A DNA stretch of 64,000 nt, from the NCBI RefSeq assembly GCF_009834535.1, contig NC_045697.1, forward strand, positions 75,084,001 through 75,148,000. Reading direction: 5' to 3'. Positions 13,990-27,939 of the stretch are shown here, piece after piece. Source of the DNA: Camelus ferus. Taxonomy: Eukaryota. Each line of letters opens with the position of its first letter. Within the stretch, counting starts at the first letter, position 1. Both the position numbers and the translations under genes were made by a program. The notes under the pieces were generated by a model. That model saw only the letters and a list, made by a program, of their open reading frames with translations, searched no databases and was not told where the DNA came from.

Positions 13990-14700
13990 ATATTATTAAA
14001 AAGATGAGACAAAATAAATCAAAAAAGGAACAATCATACAGAAAGAATGAACTCTTAGAAATTAAAGATATTATTGTCAAATAAAAAGTTTAATATAAGT
14101 TTTAGAATGTAAATTCAAAGATGTCCCCAGAAAATAATATAAGAGATAAAAATATGTTTTATAAATAGAAGAGAAAATATAAGAAACCTGGGGGATAATT
14201 CCACTAGATCCATTATATAATAGGAGTTCAAGAAAGAAAGAGAGAAAAAATATTGACATAGTATATGGAAATTTCTCAGTATAGAGAGTGCAGTAGATAA
14301 AAACTGTGAATGAAAATAGATTCACACCTGGGGTGAAAGATTCAAGAAAAGAGTCTGATAATGCTCAAATTAACCATTATCAGAAAGGCAACTGCTTTTT
14401 AACAGGTTTTCTACTCTTTAAAAAATTCTGAGGAAAGATTATTTTCAACCAAGAATTAATAAACAGTTTAATTAACAAAGTAATATAGGTGAATAAATAT
14501 GTTTTAAGAAAATAAATATATTTAGAGTCACATAATTCACCTCCCATTCAGTCTAAGGAAATCATGTGATGGTGTGGTCAGCAGAAGAAAGGGTATTAAA
14601 CAATGATGAAACAGAAATATTTGGAATTCAAGAAAGAAGGGTTCCAACACAGGAACTCTGGGAAGAAGCTCTCAGAACAACAGATGTGCTATTGCTTTTT
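13990..14700 (+). mobile_element. Degraded HAL1/L1ME ORF1-region fragment
   Basis: A-rich, GAACTCTTAGAAATTAAA, AATAGGAGTTC.AGAAAGA, ATTTTCAACC.AGAATT motifs. Confidence 0.6.
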
Positions 14701-16551
14701 GATGAACATGTGTTCATTCTTAAAACAGTCACTGTGCCTAGGTTAATGCAGTGATTTGATTAGTGAGGCTTGGTCCAACAGCTCCACACTCATTACCTTA
14801 CCTGAATCAGGTATTGAACTGAACTCAAAACTACAGAATTCTGAATGGGAGAGGTGGGACAGCAGAGCCTCAGTTTGCTAGAGAAGAGAAAATTAGAATA
14901 TAATCACCAGTTGAGGTATGTCATAGTTATAGCATTTTAAAATCTTTTCTATTTTGGTGGAAAATTATAATATTTTCCATTTTATTTTACACCATTATAG
15001 AACAAATAGAACTAATGCTTTATATATAGTTGATTCCATGTACCACTGATGATCTGTCTTATTTACAGCCCTTATCAAATGTTTTCCCTTCTGGGAATTT
15101 CGAGGTTGGAGATGGGGCATGAGTGCCTTGTCACAGAACAACCTCCCAATCCCCCACCCAGTTATGATGATAAACATTCCATTGTGGGAAAGGTGACATG
15201 AAGCTAAAAAAATGTCATCTATACTTTCTATAACGACTCCTTTACAGGCTTTTATTGTTTATAACAGACTGTTTCCTAGCCTTAGAGCAATCTTTTTCTG
15301 TGTTGTGGAATTCCCCAGTGTATGAGTAGTGGGAGGGATAGCTCTACCCCGGATTAACCCCCTTCTCTGCCTCTCCCACCTCAAAACATCAGAGGAGAAA
15401 CCCTTCTTTTCCTATCAAGGAGGCATCCAGACCCCAACGATAGTTTCTCTTTCTGATGACTTTGAAACTTGAGTAAATATCAGAAGACACACAATAGCTG
15501 ATTTGTAGCTATTGCATCAGTGGTCATGGTTGGATTTGTAAATAGTGGGGCTACTTTAGTCTTTTTTGACTAGGTTATGTTTGCTACAAAGCCTCCTTTG
15601 TATTGATTTGCTATTTGCTTAGCCTGGTCTTTGGATTTTCATGTAGGCTGTAGAATCTACCTGATTTCCTTATCACATATTCCCTTTCCCTCCATGTAAT
15701 AGGTTTCTGTTTCTTGCAGCTAAAAACTCTGAGAAACACGAGGTTATTAATCACTATTATTTTTTTATTGCCAGAATTCAAATGCTACAGTTCCCAAAAT
15801 AAATTCCTAAAGTTTTATATGTATTAGAAGAGCATGAAACGTATTTGGGAAAAGACTCCTTTGGCATCCTGTCCTTTAGGCCAATATAACAGCTAGCGTT
15901 CTCATTGACTGTTATCTTAGTAATTCAGAATTTAAAGTCATATTGCTTTTTAGGAAATGCTGTATGACAATGCAAAATAAAATTGTCTTCATAAGACAAT
16001 GTTAAAACATCAGTGCTGTATTACAGTATTGAAGGTCAATATTTGAAATACTCTTTCTTTGTGAATTTATACTTACTCATTTGAATTTTTACTAATAAAT
16101 CAGTTCTGTTCTTGTTAATTCAACACTATCATTGCCAAGTAATCCACAGTATTTTGTAGAGCCCAGGACATTGAGGCCATCATGTGGACATTTATCATAC
16201 TAATAATTGGCTACCTTTAGAGCAAAAGAAAGGGGGAAAACTTGATAACAACTCTGGGTGTGTACTCAAAGGTCTAACATGCTGAGGAAGAATTTTCTTC
16301 CACTAAAGTAGTGTTAGCAGAATGAAGTGGAGAAAGCCAAAATTTAGTGGATGAAATATATCTATGAAATTTATCTTAGCAGAATTATAGCCAAGGCAAG
16401 TTTAGGCAAATATCTCAGTTAAAATGCGCTGACAAGAAATTCTTTAAATTCATTAATAATATGTTTTTATGCCTAAAAACTTCAAAATATCAATACATAT
16501 TGAAAACCCTGTTCATAATATAAGTCTAGGGATTTTGAAATATATTTTTAG

Positions 16552-16760
16552 AGGCAGTGTTAGGAAGGAGGGAGAGATCTGGAGATCCACCACTGACCCC
16601 TTGGCCCCTTCATGACCTTGGAAATCCTACTTTAACTGCTTAATACTTGTTTCCATGTCTACAACAGGGAATAATAATAGTCCTTACCCACAGGATTACT
16701 GTACAGATAAAATGTGAATACTTGTAAATCTGGGCATGTAATAACTAATCATTACATTTT
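16552..16760 (+). mobile_element. MIR SINE
   Basis: TGACCTTGGAAA, AATAATAGT.CTTACC.CACAGGATT motifs. Confidence 0.7.
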
Positions 16761-17690
16761 AACTGCTGTTATTCATGGGCTTGATAAAATATCGTGCAAA
16801 GTCTGTCTATATAGACTTCTGTATGGTATGTATATGTTTAAAAAATTTATACATGGTATCTTTCATCCCTATTTTTCCTCATTCTATTTCTCTTTTAAAC
16901 ATTTGGTTCCTTATATTGTCCAAAAATTGTAAACAAAGATTTGTATATCAACAGCATTGTTTCACAGTTGCATAGAGAAATTTCTTTATTAAAATAAAAT
17001 AGGCAAATCCTGGGAGGGAGAAACGCAGTAGATTTTTTGTCAAGCATTCTTCACAGTTACCTGAAGCGTAGGCAAGCATTAAAATGATTTGACTGAGTAT
17101 TCTATGTGAAGAATGTCAGAAAAGCATGCTTTAACTCTTCATAAATACAGCATAATACATTATGCAGAAAAACTCCCTCATAAAGGAAGTAAGGGAAGTA
17201 ATTACAACATTTGCATAAGTTGAAAATGTTCATAATGGTCTTAACAAATCACATTTCCCCCAGAAAAACTAAGAATGGGAATAGTATGGGTGGAAGTGAT
17301 ACATTGTAGTCAATTGTTGAAAAGTTAATATTCTGCTTCTTGTCTCTCATTTTTCATATGAAAGCCTTTGGGCAAACATGAATGTGTGTGTACCTAAGAA
17401 TCTATTTTCAGTTATAATTTCTAGCATGTAATTTTCTCTGGGAATGTTACCAAAACAGAAATTTCTTTTATTGGCTCACTCTATTTAAAGAAATCATTTA
17501 GTATACCAAAAATAAGGGTGGCTTTTGCATTTACTAATCACAGGCTTTTTACACACTGGAGCACAGGATACAAGTTGGGGAAAGGGGCGTTCCATTAATC
17601 AATCAAGAATGATATAGAATAAAGGGAGGGTTCAGGAAAAAGAAAATTACTGACTGACTCTATTCTGTTGACTTAGGTGACCAAAGTTAA

Positions 17691-17699
17691 ATGCACGCG

Positions 17700-17735
<36 letters not shown>
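17691..17735. repeat. Compound (CG)n(CA)n microsatellite
   Basis: ATGCA(CG)6(CA)14, unbroken purine-pyrimidine alternation. Confidence 0.95.
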
Positions 17736-17736
<1 letters not shown>

Positions 17737-18390
17737 TTCAGCCTTGACATGTTAGTGGGTTGTCCACATTGCATAAACTCACTAGCATACACAATTGCTT
17801 CATCTTTTGCAAGGCTTTGTCTGCACAGTTGTGGCTACGGACACTTCAAGGTTCTGTGAGCTCTCCTAGTAGCTTACAACCTTACAAGGGTGTTTTTCCA
17901 CCAGCAGAACATTGGCCATAAATGTCTATTAGTCAGAATAACTGCGGCAGTTTTATAAGGCCTGTGAGTGCATATTTCCCAGTCTGCTTCTCCTTAAATT
18001 ACTAAGAATGCAAAAATAACCAATAGTTTGACCTCTTAAATCACAAATTGGATAGGCTTACTGTTAAAATATATTGTAAATGTGTTTCCCATTATTTAGC
18101 TCATTTAGCATGTTCAGCAGCAAGGATTCAAATATTTTGAGCTTTTTTTTTTTTTTTTTAACCTCACAGAAGGCATTAGATGATTTTTTTTTTAAGCCAA
18201 CAAGGGATATTTAAAAGACTGAAATACAGTTGAAATATTGATAATAGGTCATCACTAACCATCTGCATAAAAGATAAAGAATTTAAAAGATGCAGTAGTA
18301 GCAGAAATTATTTGGTTTTGTGTTAATCATTTTGATAGTCCACTGTGGAAAGTTAGCATAACTTGTTCAATTTGGAAAATTATGTCACTC

Positions 18391-18611
18391 CAGTTGACCC
18401 TTGTACAACATGGGTTTGAACTGAGCCATTTTTACATGGATTATTTCCAATAAATACGTACTACAGCACTACATGATCTGATATTAGTTGAATCCATGGA
18501 TGTGGAACTGCATATAGCAGGAGGGAGGGTGACTGTAAAGTTATACTCGCAGTTTCTACTTGGGGGGGGGGGGTCTTTACCCTAACCCCTGCGTTGTTCA
18601 AGGGTCAACTG
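18391..18611. mobile_element. Non-autonomous Tigger2-derived MITE (MER8/Tigger2a-like)
   Basis: TIRs CAGTTGACCCTTG.ACAAC / GTTGTTCAAGGGTCAACTG, followed by TA. Confidence 0.92.
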
Positions 18612-21009
18612 TAAGTCATGTCCATAGAGTGAAAAAGAAGGAGCTAGAATTAAGGTTTACAGTGTAAAAGTTATTGCCCTACAAGTTGAAGAGTGACCAA
18701 TAATAAAAGGAGAAACAAAAATTACTTCAAATCCAACATAAACTTCAAGTATCTATGTTTACTGATTAGTATAAGTGGGTGCATTCATCTGATTTTTTTC
18801 TTCCCTAAATCAGGTTGGTGCCTTTTGTCTTCAATTTAGTTTACCTGAAAAATATTTTAAAGTCTAAGGAAATATGTACATTTTAAAAAGTAATCTTTAG
18901 TGTTAATTTCTATGCTTTGGATTTTCTATAATGTGGCTGAAAATACTAAAATGCTATAAAAATGTAGAAAAAAGTATCTGGTGTCTGAATTACAAGATCT
19001 GGTCATCAAGTAGTGATGTAATGTCAGAGATCTCTTTGACAGTTTTATTACATGGGTCACAAACTTACAGTGACCTGTCACGATTAATTACTATCAACTG
19101 GAGTTCAAAGATGTATTGATTAGCTGGAAGGATGACCAGGCAGAATAGCATCAATTCAAATATGCCTTGTCACACACATTGGGATCTGGTCTATGTTCAA
19201 GCATTTCATTCAGTATATTGTAATTTGATTTTAAATGAGGCATATTTTAAAGGGCATGTCTGTTCAATCTCAGCTTGCAAAAATATAAAGATTACTTATG
19301 TGAATGCTGCAGTCTATAATTTATCCCATGATGTATTTTTAAAGGATTAGTACACGAGGATGTACTTGTTTATTAAAACTTTCAAAACAAGCATTCCTTT
19401 ATGTAAAAGACAATAGACTTTTATTTTTATATTGCTATTTCTGAATCATTCATGGATTTCTTGAAGTATAAGCTGATCTCTTTCCCTGAGTTCTTAAATA
19501 CTCCTGTGACTCTTCCCTCAGACTGAGTTGTTCTGTGAAAGATCTTTCCAACATACCCCAACATTTCAACATTTTTGATATTGCCTGAAAAATAATGCTA
19601 GACCAGAGAGGAGATCTAATTACTGTACAAGTAGGTTACAGTTGAGAGAAGAGTACTGCATAGATACAAAACACTGTTGTTATTAGAGGATTAAACCCTG
19701 AAGTTGAAATAAGGGAGTCTTTCCCCCTTTCTTTTCATCTTGGGAAATGTGAAGTGTCTTATAATAAGCCAAAGGAAATGAAAGCATTGATGAGAGAGGC
19801 TTGCAGGTGGTTGATAACGGCCAAGAATGCCTGCAGTTTACTGATGAGCCACACGTAGTGCTGCTGCAGGCAGACCTGTGGTTTAGTTCAGAAAGCATGA
19901 CATAAAGGTAAAAATGTGTTCCATTAAAATCAGATTCCAAATGTGTTTCATTAAAACAAGATTTTGCAAGCTATCCAGATGAGGTGTAGGTCCTCGTAGA
20001 TAGAAAATTGAAGCATGTAAAGTTTCTCTGTAAACAGATAAAACTTATCCATGTATTTTTGAGTTGGGCATTTGTCATTCGTACAGTTCTTTTTAAAGGA
20101 TAATAATAGTGGGTAAAAACCTCAACAGGTAAAATTATGACAACAGTTACTGTTTAAATAACCTAGTTCTATCACCAAGAGAAAGACTTAAAGAGAAGTA
20201 GTGGATTTAACCGCTTTCAACTATGCTGTCCCCATTTGCGTTCTTTCAAACAGAACTACTAATGTGAGTGAGACAGCACAGCTCTTAACATAATGGTGTT
20301 CTTACAGCAAATGTGAAGCATTGATTCTGTGTTTTAAAAATGAATGTTTTGTTGCTCCTATACTAAAAGAACCCTGATATTATTATTTGCTTTTTAAAGC
20401 AATTTTGATCTATAATATACTTAACAACCCTTTCCAGCTTTTCTCTCTCTCTGGCTCACATTTTGAATACATACTGTGGTTATGGTTGTGTAAGAAGCAC
20501 TTTTTGGTACACTTAACATGTTTATTATTTCCATCTTCTCCCCATTACACACACACACTTCCCTTCAGTTAAGAGGATTTTAGTTTATGAGGTAAACAGA
20601 TATCCCACTTGCAATTCTAAAGGGTTTCCCAGTACTTAATGTACAGCCTAGTTCAGAACAAAATGAAAATGTTTTGGAAAAATAGATACCTTTCTCTTTT
20701 GTATTATTAACTGTACAGAAATTCTTGATGAATTACTGCCGGTATAACTATTGTGTGGTGCCAAGTGCACTCCTTAACTGTATCAGAAGATAATAACTAG
20801 TTTAATCTTTTTGTAGAACATTTTAGTTTATTTTACATTTTTATTTCTAAGGTACTAGATGAAAAACACTATATTCCTTACACATCAAAGTCAATACCTT
20901 AACTAGAAATTATGCTAACCATAAGGAAGTTTAATCCCGAGGTTATTACTATATTTCTGTCCCTGCTGCTTGAAAATCACATTTGAAGACATAAAGCATA
21001 CTGATTAGG

Positions 21010-21180
21010 AATTAGGGCTTTGAGCGGGTGGTTTCACAATGCAGAAGCAAGAGCACTGTGAGAAGTTGCTTAAGACTCAGTTTCCTTCCACTGTAAAATG
21101 GAAAGAATAATATCTACCTCACAGTATTTTGATAACTATTAAATGAGGTCATTCTTAAAGCACTTAATAGTGGTGTTAGC
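21010..21180 (+). mobile_element. MIR SINE
   Basis: CTCAGTTTCC...CTGTAAAATGG...TACCTCACAG...ATTAAATGAG core. Confidence 0.8.
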
Positions 21181-23489
21181 TCCATCTTGAGGGAAGGTGT
21201 GTGGAGAAGTGAGGGGCAGTTTTGTGAGCAGAAAAGGGAAGACTTCTTGCTGTCCATTCACTAGAACGTGTATCTGGGGAACTGCAGACCAGTTGCTTTG
21301 CCTGCTGTCTCTGCACAGGGAAAAATAAGCAGTAAATCCTCTAAGTGAGATTCAGGTTGCCTCTCTTGTACCACTGATTAACATCCCTACATGGAAAACA
21401 CCAAGATGGAGTAAATACAGAGGCTCCCTTTGCTGTTACCACATGCCTGAGCTGCTGGTTCTTCTCCTTATTCTAACTATCCGTGAGAGGTTTCAGCTCC
21501 CGGCAGGGAGTGCCAAGGTGATCATCAGCACCTGACCATGACATGGTCAGTGCATAATAAATGGATATTTCATTGCTGATATAGTGCTTGTCCACCCCCG
21601 TGCTTCAAGACCATTTGTGTTCAGTGGAGGGTTGGAAGGAATGATCTTGGCAATTCCAAGTATCTCACATTTCCACGGGGAGAAAAGTGAGTTAACATTT
21701 TAAAAGCAATTGCTTTTGTTAGGTTCACAAATAGATAAGTCCTAAATCAGAGAATAGGTATTCTGTGTTCTGGCTTGACTACAAAATCCCTATGTACAAT
21801 TCAGTTTATCTGAGCCTTAGCTTTTTATATATAAATTCAAAATTATGTATTAGTGCATCCTTCAGTTCCTGTCTGGGTCCAGAATTTTAGCAAAATGTAA
21901 CTGTGAAATAGCTGAAAATACCAGTGACTAAGCTGGGTCCTATTAATTGCCAGCTTATCTTCCAAAAGGACTTTGACACATAACTGTCCTTCCCATTAAG
22001 GAAGTTAAGAAGTGAAGTTTAATGCAGGTGGATCTAGCCCTTTCACTCATATCACATACTGGCAAATATCCCAGCAAAAACCTGGGTTCTCAACCACAGT
22101 ATGCATTGGAGACAGTTTTACCTGCTGGCTGACCCTTTATCTGAAACAGATAGATCTTATATAATGAATCAAAAGGACACTCGACAAGTTGGAGTTCAGT
22201 AACAATGCCAGTGTTTACATGTTTTACTGAACTTTTATCTGTTAAAAAAATCTGGAAATCTCATGAAAGAGGATTTTCTCTTTGTTGGTTTTTCAAGTAC
22301 ATAAAACTGCAATAAAACAAAGGCAATGGAAAACAGCCTTTGGCCAGAGACTTTTCTTTGCTTCCTGATTTTAGCCAGCTCAAAAGCTTGTCTTACACAA
22401 TTGTGGAAACAGTGAGTGGTGTTAGACTCATCAAGAACTGTAGAAGGACTAGAATGAATAAAATAAGTTAGCTATGAAGTGTTCTTGAACTTTCATGTAG
22501 GTTTGGGTTTCAGTTCATCTTGGTGATGAAAATTCCAGTATGTTCAGATTTTATGTAACCTGACTTATCAACCATATTAGAATTCAAATGATCTGTTCCA
22601 AAAGTGTAACTGTGTTTACCTTTGTGCCTTTTCTCCAAAATGTGTGAAATATAGAGAATAAATTTCATATACTTATATATATCAAAATTGAAATTGAAAT
22701 TACTTAAAATTTTAAACTGCTTTAATGATCTGTATTATTATAAAGCTATATACTAGTGTAATCAAATACTTCTAGGAGACCCAAAATCAGGTTTTTCTCT
22801 TAGGAATTTGGTAAAATACAGTGTAGTCGCATTGATATAAGTTCTCTGAAAGAAAAAAATCATGGAAATAATAACAGGTGCTAGGCTAGGTAACAGTCTC
22901 TTGTGATTATAAAAATACAATGAAGGGTTTAAATGTGAAAGCTCTTAAGTGCTGGAAGTGTTGGAAGAGCAGATCGAAGATTAGAATTAGAATCCACATG
23001 GGAGAGAAAGAGGTAAACTCTTTACCATAAATCATCTAGATACTTAATTTGAAATCAAACATGAACCTGAACATGTGTCATATAATCTGGCTAAATACAC
23101 CTGGGTTTTATTAAGGTGGTGTGAGCCAAAGACCACAATGTTTTAGACAAGCTTGAGCAGATCCTCTGCTAAGGAGAAAAACAAACATACTATAGATCTT
23201 GCTCTTGGCAAATAAAAACCAAGAACCCCAACCCACCAACTTCAAGAAATTAATGGACTCAGTTTGCAAACAGGCGCACTGTGTTTGGAAATCAGCATAA
23301 TACAGTGTTTGACAGTACACATTTTAATGTAATACAGTCTTGTGTTCAAATTCTGACATTTCCACTTACTTGCTGTATTATTTTAAGCAGCTTGCTTGGA
23401 ATACTTTAAGTTAAAAGAAACATAGAACCATACCTCTTCTCAATTACCACTTCATATATCCTAACAAATACCATTAACTCTGCAACTCT

Positions 23490-24225
23490 TTAAAAAATTT
23501 TTATGATAAATTTGGTAGATTTTATTTTACTATTTTGTATTTATAAAAAAGTTACTCAGTTAAGGCTTTTGTACAGATTTACCAATTGTTTACATTTTAC
23601 CCCATTTTGTATTCTTTTTTATTAAGGTACAGTTGATGGGCAATATTATATTAAGTTTCAGGTGTACAATATAGTGTTTCACAACTTTTAAAGGTATATT
23701 CCCTTTATAGTTATTATAAAATGTTGGCTATATCCCCTGTGTACAATATATCTTGGTAGCTTGTTTATTTTATACATAGCAGTTTGTACCTCTTAATCCT
23801 ACCCCTATTTTACCCCACTTGTTTTATTCTCTCCCCTTCTCTGCCTTCCTATCTCTCCCTCCTCCCTCTGTCTCTCTCTCTCTCCTCTTGTAGACATATG
23901 CACACACACACATTTTCTGTGTATTCTAAAAACATTTACAAGTAAGTTGGAGAGAGTGTCCTGTTTTATTCTATTCTAAATGCTTCAGTGTGTATGTCCT
24001 AAAAATATGATCATTCCCTTATATAACCTCAGTTTTGCTATCAAATAGGAAATTTAACATTGATAAGATACTGTTCTCCAATCTACAGTCAATATGCAAA
24101 TTTAATCATTTCAGTTATTTCCTTTATTGATGTTTTTTTCCCAGTCCAAGAGCCAATCTAGGATCATGAATTATATTTTGTTTTCATGTCTATTTAATTT
24201 CTTTTAATCTGGAAGAGATCCTTAG
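23490..24225 (-). mobile_element. L1MC-like 3' fragment
   Basis: CTTCAGTGTGTAT.TCCTAA, ATTTAACATTGATA motifs of the L1MC 3' UTR. Confidence 0.65.
23611..23806 (-). mobile_element. Short L1 3' end inserted with TSD
   Basis: ATTTTACCCCA at 23594-23604 and 23807-23817; AAGTTTCAGGTGTACAA.ATAGTG L1 3' motif. Confidence 0.8.
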
Positions 24226-27200
24226 CCTTTTTTCCTTTTTATTTTTTTAAATTGTAGTTGACATTACAATATTATCTTAGTTTCAGGCATATAATATAAT
24301 GATTTGACATTTATTTACATTGCTGTTGATCACCATGATATGTCTAGTAACCTTTTGTCACAATACAAAGTCATTTCATCGTTACTCACTGTATTCCCTA
24401 GGCTGTACATTACATACCTGTGGTTATTTATTTTGTAACTAGAATTTTGCACCTCTTAATCCTTTTCACCTATTTCATCCTTTCCTGCCCTCTGGAAACC
24501 ACCTGTTTGTTCTCTGTATCTGTAAGTCTGTTTCTGTTCTATTTTGTTTGCTCCTGTTTTGTTTTTAGATTCCACAAGTGAAAACATATAGTCTTTCTCT
24601 GACTTATTTCACTTAGCATAATACCCTCTATATCCATCCATGTTGTCACAAATAGCAATATTTTGTTCATTCTTATGGCTGAGTAATATATTCCATTGTA
24701 TGTACATATACCACATATTCTTTATTCATCCATTGATGGACACTTAAGTTGCTTCCATAGCTTGGCTATTGTAAATAATGCTGCTATGAACATTGCGGAG
24801 CATATATTTTTTTGAATTAGTGTTCCATTTTCTTGGTATAAATACCCAGAAGTGGAATTGCTGGATCATATGGTAGTTCTATTTTTAATTTTTTGAGGAA
24901 CTGCCATACTGTTTTCCATAGTAGCTGTACCAATATACATTACCACCAGTGGTGTACTAGGGTTCCCTTTTCTTCACATCTTTGGGAACACTTATTTATT
25001 ATCTTTTTAAGGATAGTTATTCTGATAGATGTGAGATGGTAGCTCATTGTGGTTTTTATTTACATTTCCCTGATAATTAGTGATATTGAGCATCTTTTCA
25101 TGTGCCTGTTGGCCATGTGTATGTCTTCTTTGGAAAAAATGCCTATTCAGGTCTTCTGCCCATTTTTTAATCAACTTTTTTTTTTTTTTGGAATTGAGTT
25201 TTATGAGTTCTTTATATATTTTGGATATATATATTATCTTTATCAGGTATCATTTGCAAATATCTTCTATTCAGTAAATTGCCTTTTTGTTTTGTTAATG
25301 ATTTCCTTTACTGTGCAAAAGCTTTTAAATTTGATTAGGTCCCATTTATTTATTTTTGCTTTTGTTTCTTCTGCCTGAAGAGACAGCCAAAAATATTACT
25401 AAGACAAATGTCAAAAAGTGTACTGCTCATATTTTCTCCTAGGACTTTTGTGGTTTCAGGTGTTACATTTAAGTCTTTAATCTATTTTGAGTTTATTTTT
25501 GTGTATAGTGTAAGGAAGTGGTCCAGTTTGATTCTTTTGAATATACCTATCCAGTTTTACAACAGCATTTGTTCAAGAGAATGCCTTTTCCCCACTGTAT
25601 ATTTTTGGCTACTTCATACTAAATTAATTGATCATGTAAGTGTGGGCCTATTTCTGGGAAATCTGTTTCATTTATTTATGTGTCTGTTTCTGTGCCAGAA
25701 CTAAAGAGTTTTTAATGCTATAGCTTTGTAGTATAGTTCGAAATCAGAGGTCATGATATATCCAGGCTTGTACACCTTTTTTTTTTTTTTTTTTTTTTTT
25801 TTGGCTTGTTCATCTTTTATAAGCTTATTTTGGCTATTTGGAGTATTTTGTGGTTCCATGCAAATTTTAGGATGATTTGCTCCAGTTCTGTTAAAAAAAG
25901 AAAAATCATTAGCATTTTGATACGGATTGTATTGAATCTGTAGATTCCTTTGACTAGTGTGGGCATTTTACCATGTTAATTCTTCCAATCCATGACCCTG
26001 GTATATCTTTCCATTTTTTCCTGTGTTGTCTTTAATTTCTTTCATTAATGTCTTACAGTCTTCTTAGTACAAGTCTTTCACCTCCGTGGTTAAATTTATT
26101 CCTAGGTATTTTGTTCTTTTTGGTGCAGTTTCAAGTAGGATTGTTTCCTTTACTACTTCTTTCTGATATTTTGTATTAGTGTGTAAAAAAGCAACAGATT
26201 TCTATATGTTGATTTTGCATCCTGCAACTTTACTAAATGCATTTATTAGCTCTAATATTTTTTGGTGGAGTCTTTAGGGTCTTCTCTATATAACATCATG
26301 TCATTTGCAAATAATGAAAATTTTACTTTTTCCTTTTCAATGGAATTTTTAAATTTCTTTTTCTTTTTTGATGGCTGTACCTAGCACTTCCAATTCTATG
26401 TTGGATAAAAGCGGCAGGAGTAGGCATCCTTGACTTGTTCCTGATAGAGGAAATACTTTCAGATTTCACCATTGAGTATAATGTTGGCTGTGGATTTATT
26501 ATATATGGCCTATATTATGTTGTGGTATGGTCCCTCTATACTACTTTATTAAGAGTACTTATCATAAATGGTTATTGAATTTTGTCAAATTCTTTTTCTA
26601 TATCTACTGAGATAGTTCAATAATTTCTATCCTTTGTTTTATTAATGTGGTGAGTCATACTGATTGATTTGTGGATACTCAACCATCCTTGCATCTCTTT
26701 CTTGAGGTTCTCACTGTGTTCATCCATTCTTCTCTTCTGAGGTGAGAATTTTTATGAACTATTTAAATTCTTTATCTGTAAATTGTTTATTTCCATTTCC
26801 TTTCTAGGGTTTTGCCTTGTTTTTTTGTTTGGAAGGTATTCATTTGTCTCCTCATTTTGTCTGTCTCTCTGTGTTTGTTTGAGTATACTAGGTATATCAG
26901 GTATGTCCCCAAGTCTTGATAAAGTGGCCGTATGTAGGCAGTATTCTGTGGGGTCCAGTGGTGCAATCCTTTTTGGTCAACAGAGCCAGTATCTCTTGTG
27001 TGAGCTGCATGTTGTCCCCCTTTTGTGATTGAGCTGTGATTGTTGCAGGCATGCTGGTAGGCAGGGCGGTCCTGTGGACCCAGATTCACTTTGGATGGGC
27101 ACTGGTGCCACCTGGGGCTGCCTACCAGGTTGAGTGGATTGGGAGCTGTTTTGGTCGATCTGCCTGGCTGGGTGGGTTGGGCAAGCTGGGTTCTCATGGG

Positions 27201-27820
27201 AACACTGAGATGAGGCACATGGTGTTAGCTAGGTTAATGGAGAGTGACAAAAAGGCATTTGCCAGTGCTAAAGCCAGTTAGGTGGAAGGAGAGTTAATGG
27301 CACCTGCCAGCACTTAAACTTAAGAGAATGTCCTATCAGATCCCTACCCCCTGGCACATGCCCTAAAACTAGTCAGTGAATCTTCTCCTCTTGTGACCAC
27401 CCACCCAGGTGATTTTCAAGCTCCTGCCTCTACTCTGTGACTCAGAGAAAGTGAGTTTGTGTGCAAGCTTTTCAAAAATAGAATTTTAGTTTCTCATAGC
27501 CCTCTGACTCTCCTGGATATACACTCCTCTGGTTTTCAAAGCCATAAGTTGTGGGGGCTTACCTTCCAGCCTGTGGAGCCTAATGTTGGTTTCAGACCCT
27601 TCTCTCCTCAGGTGGCATCTCCACGGTTGTGGTATCTTTTCTGCCTGTGGGTTGCCACACAAGGGTGTGGATTCTGACTAGACCATGTCTCTACCTCTCC
27701 TACCCTTTCTGATGTGGCCTCTTATTTATATCCTTAGTTGTTGAAAATTGATTCTGCTAGTCTTAAGGTCATTCTCAACTTAAGAGAGAGTTCTATATGT
27801 AGTTGTAGTTTTGTTGTGTC
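24226..27820 (-). mobile_element. L1 (L1MA9/laurasiatherian-like) with a large internal deletion
   Basis: 3' UTR plus ORF2 3' half at 24226-~26696, joined to the ORF1 start (MRRQMNTFQTK, ORF 26787-27218) and 5' UTR to ~27820. Confidence 0.85.
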
Positions 27821-27939
27821 TCATTTCTTAGGAGCCACATAATATTAATTTATCAAGGTTTTCATAATATTAGGTTATTAATAATAATGGCATCTGGCTG
27901 TGATGGAGAACTCTAGATGTCTTCATTGTGATTGATGTA

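Noticed and set aside
20235..20270. Possible 10-nt microexon (CAG|AACTACTAAT|GTGAGT)
   Set aside because: Frame-shifting length and no independent support.
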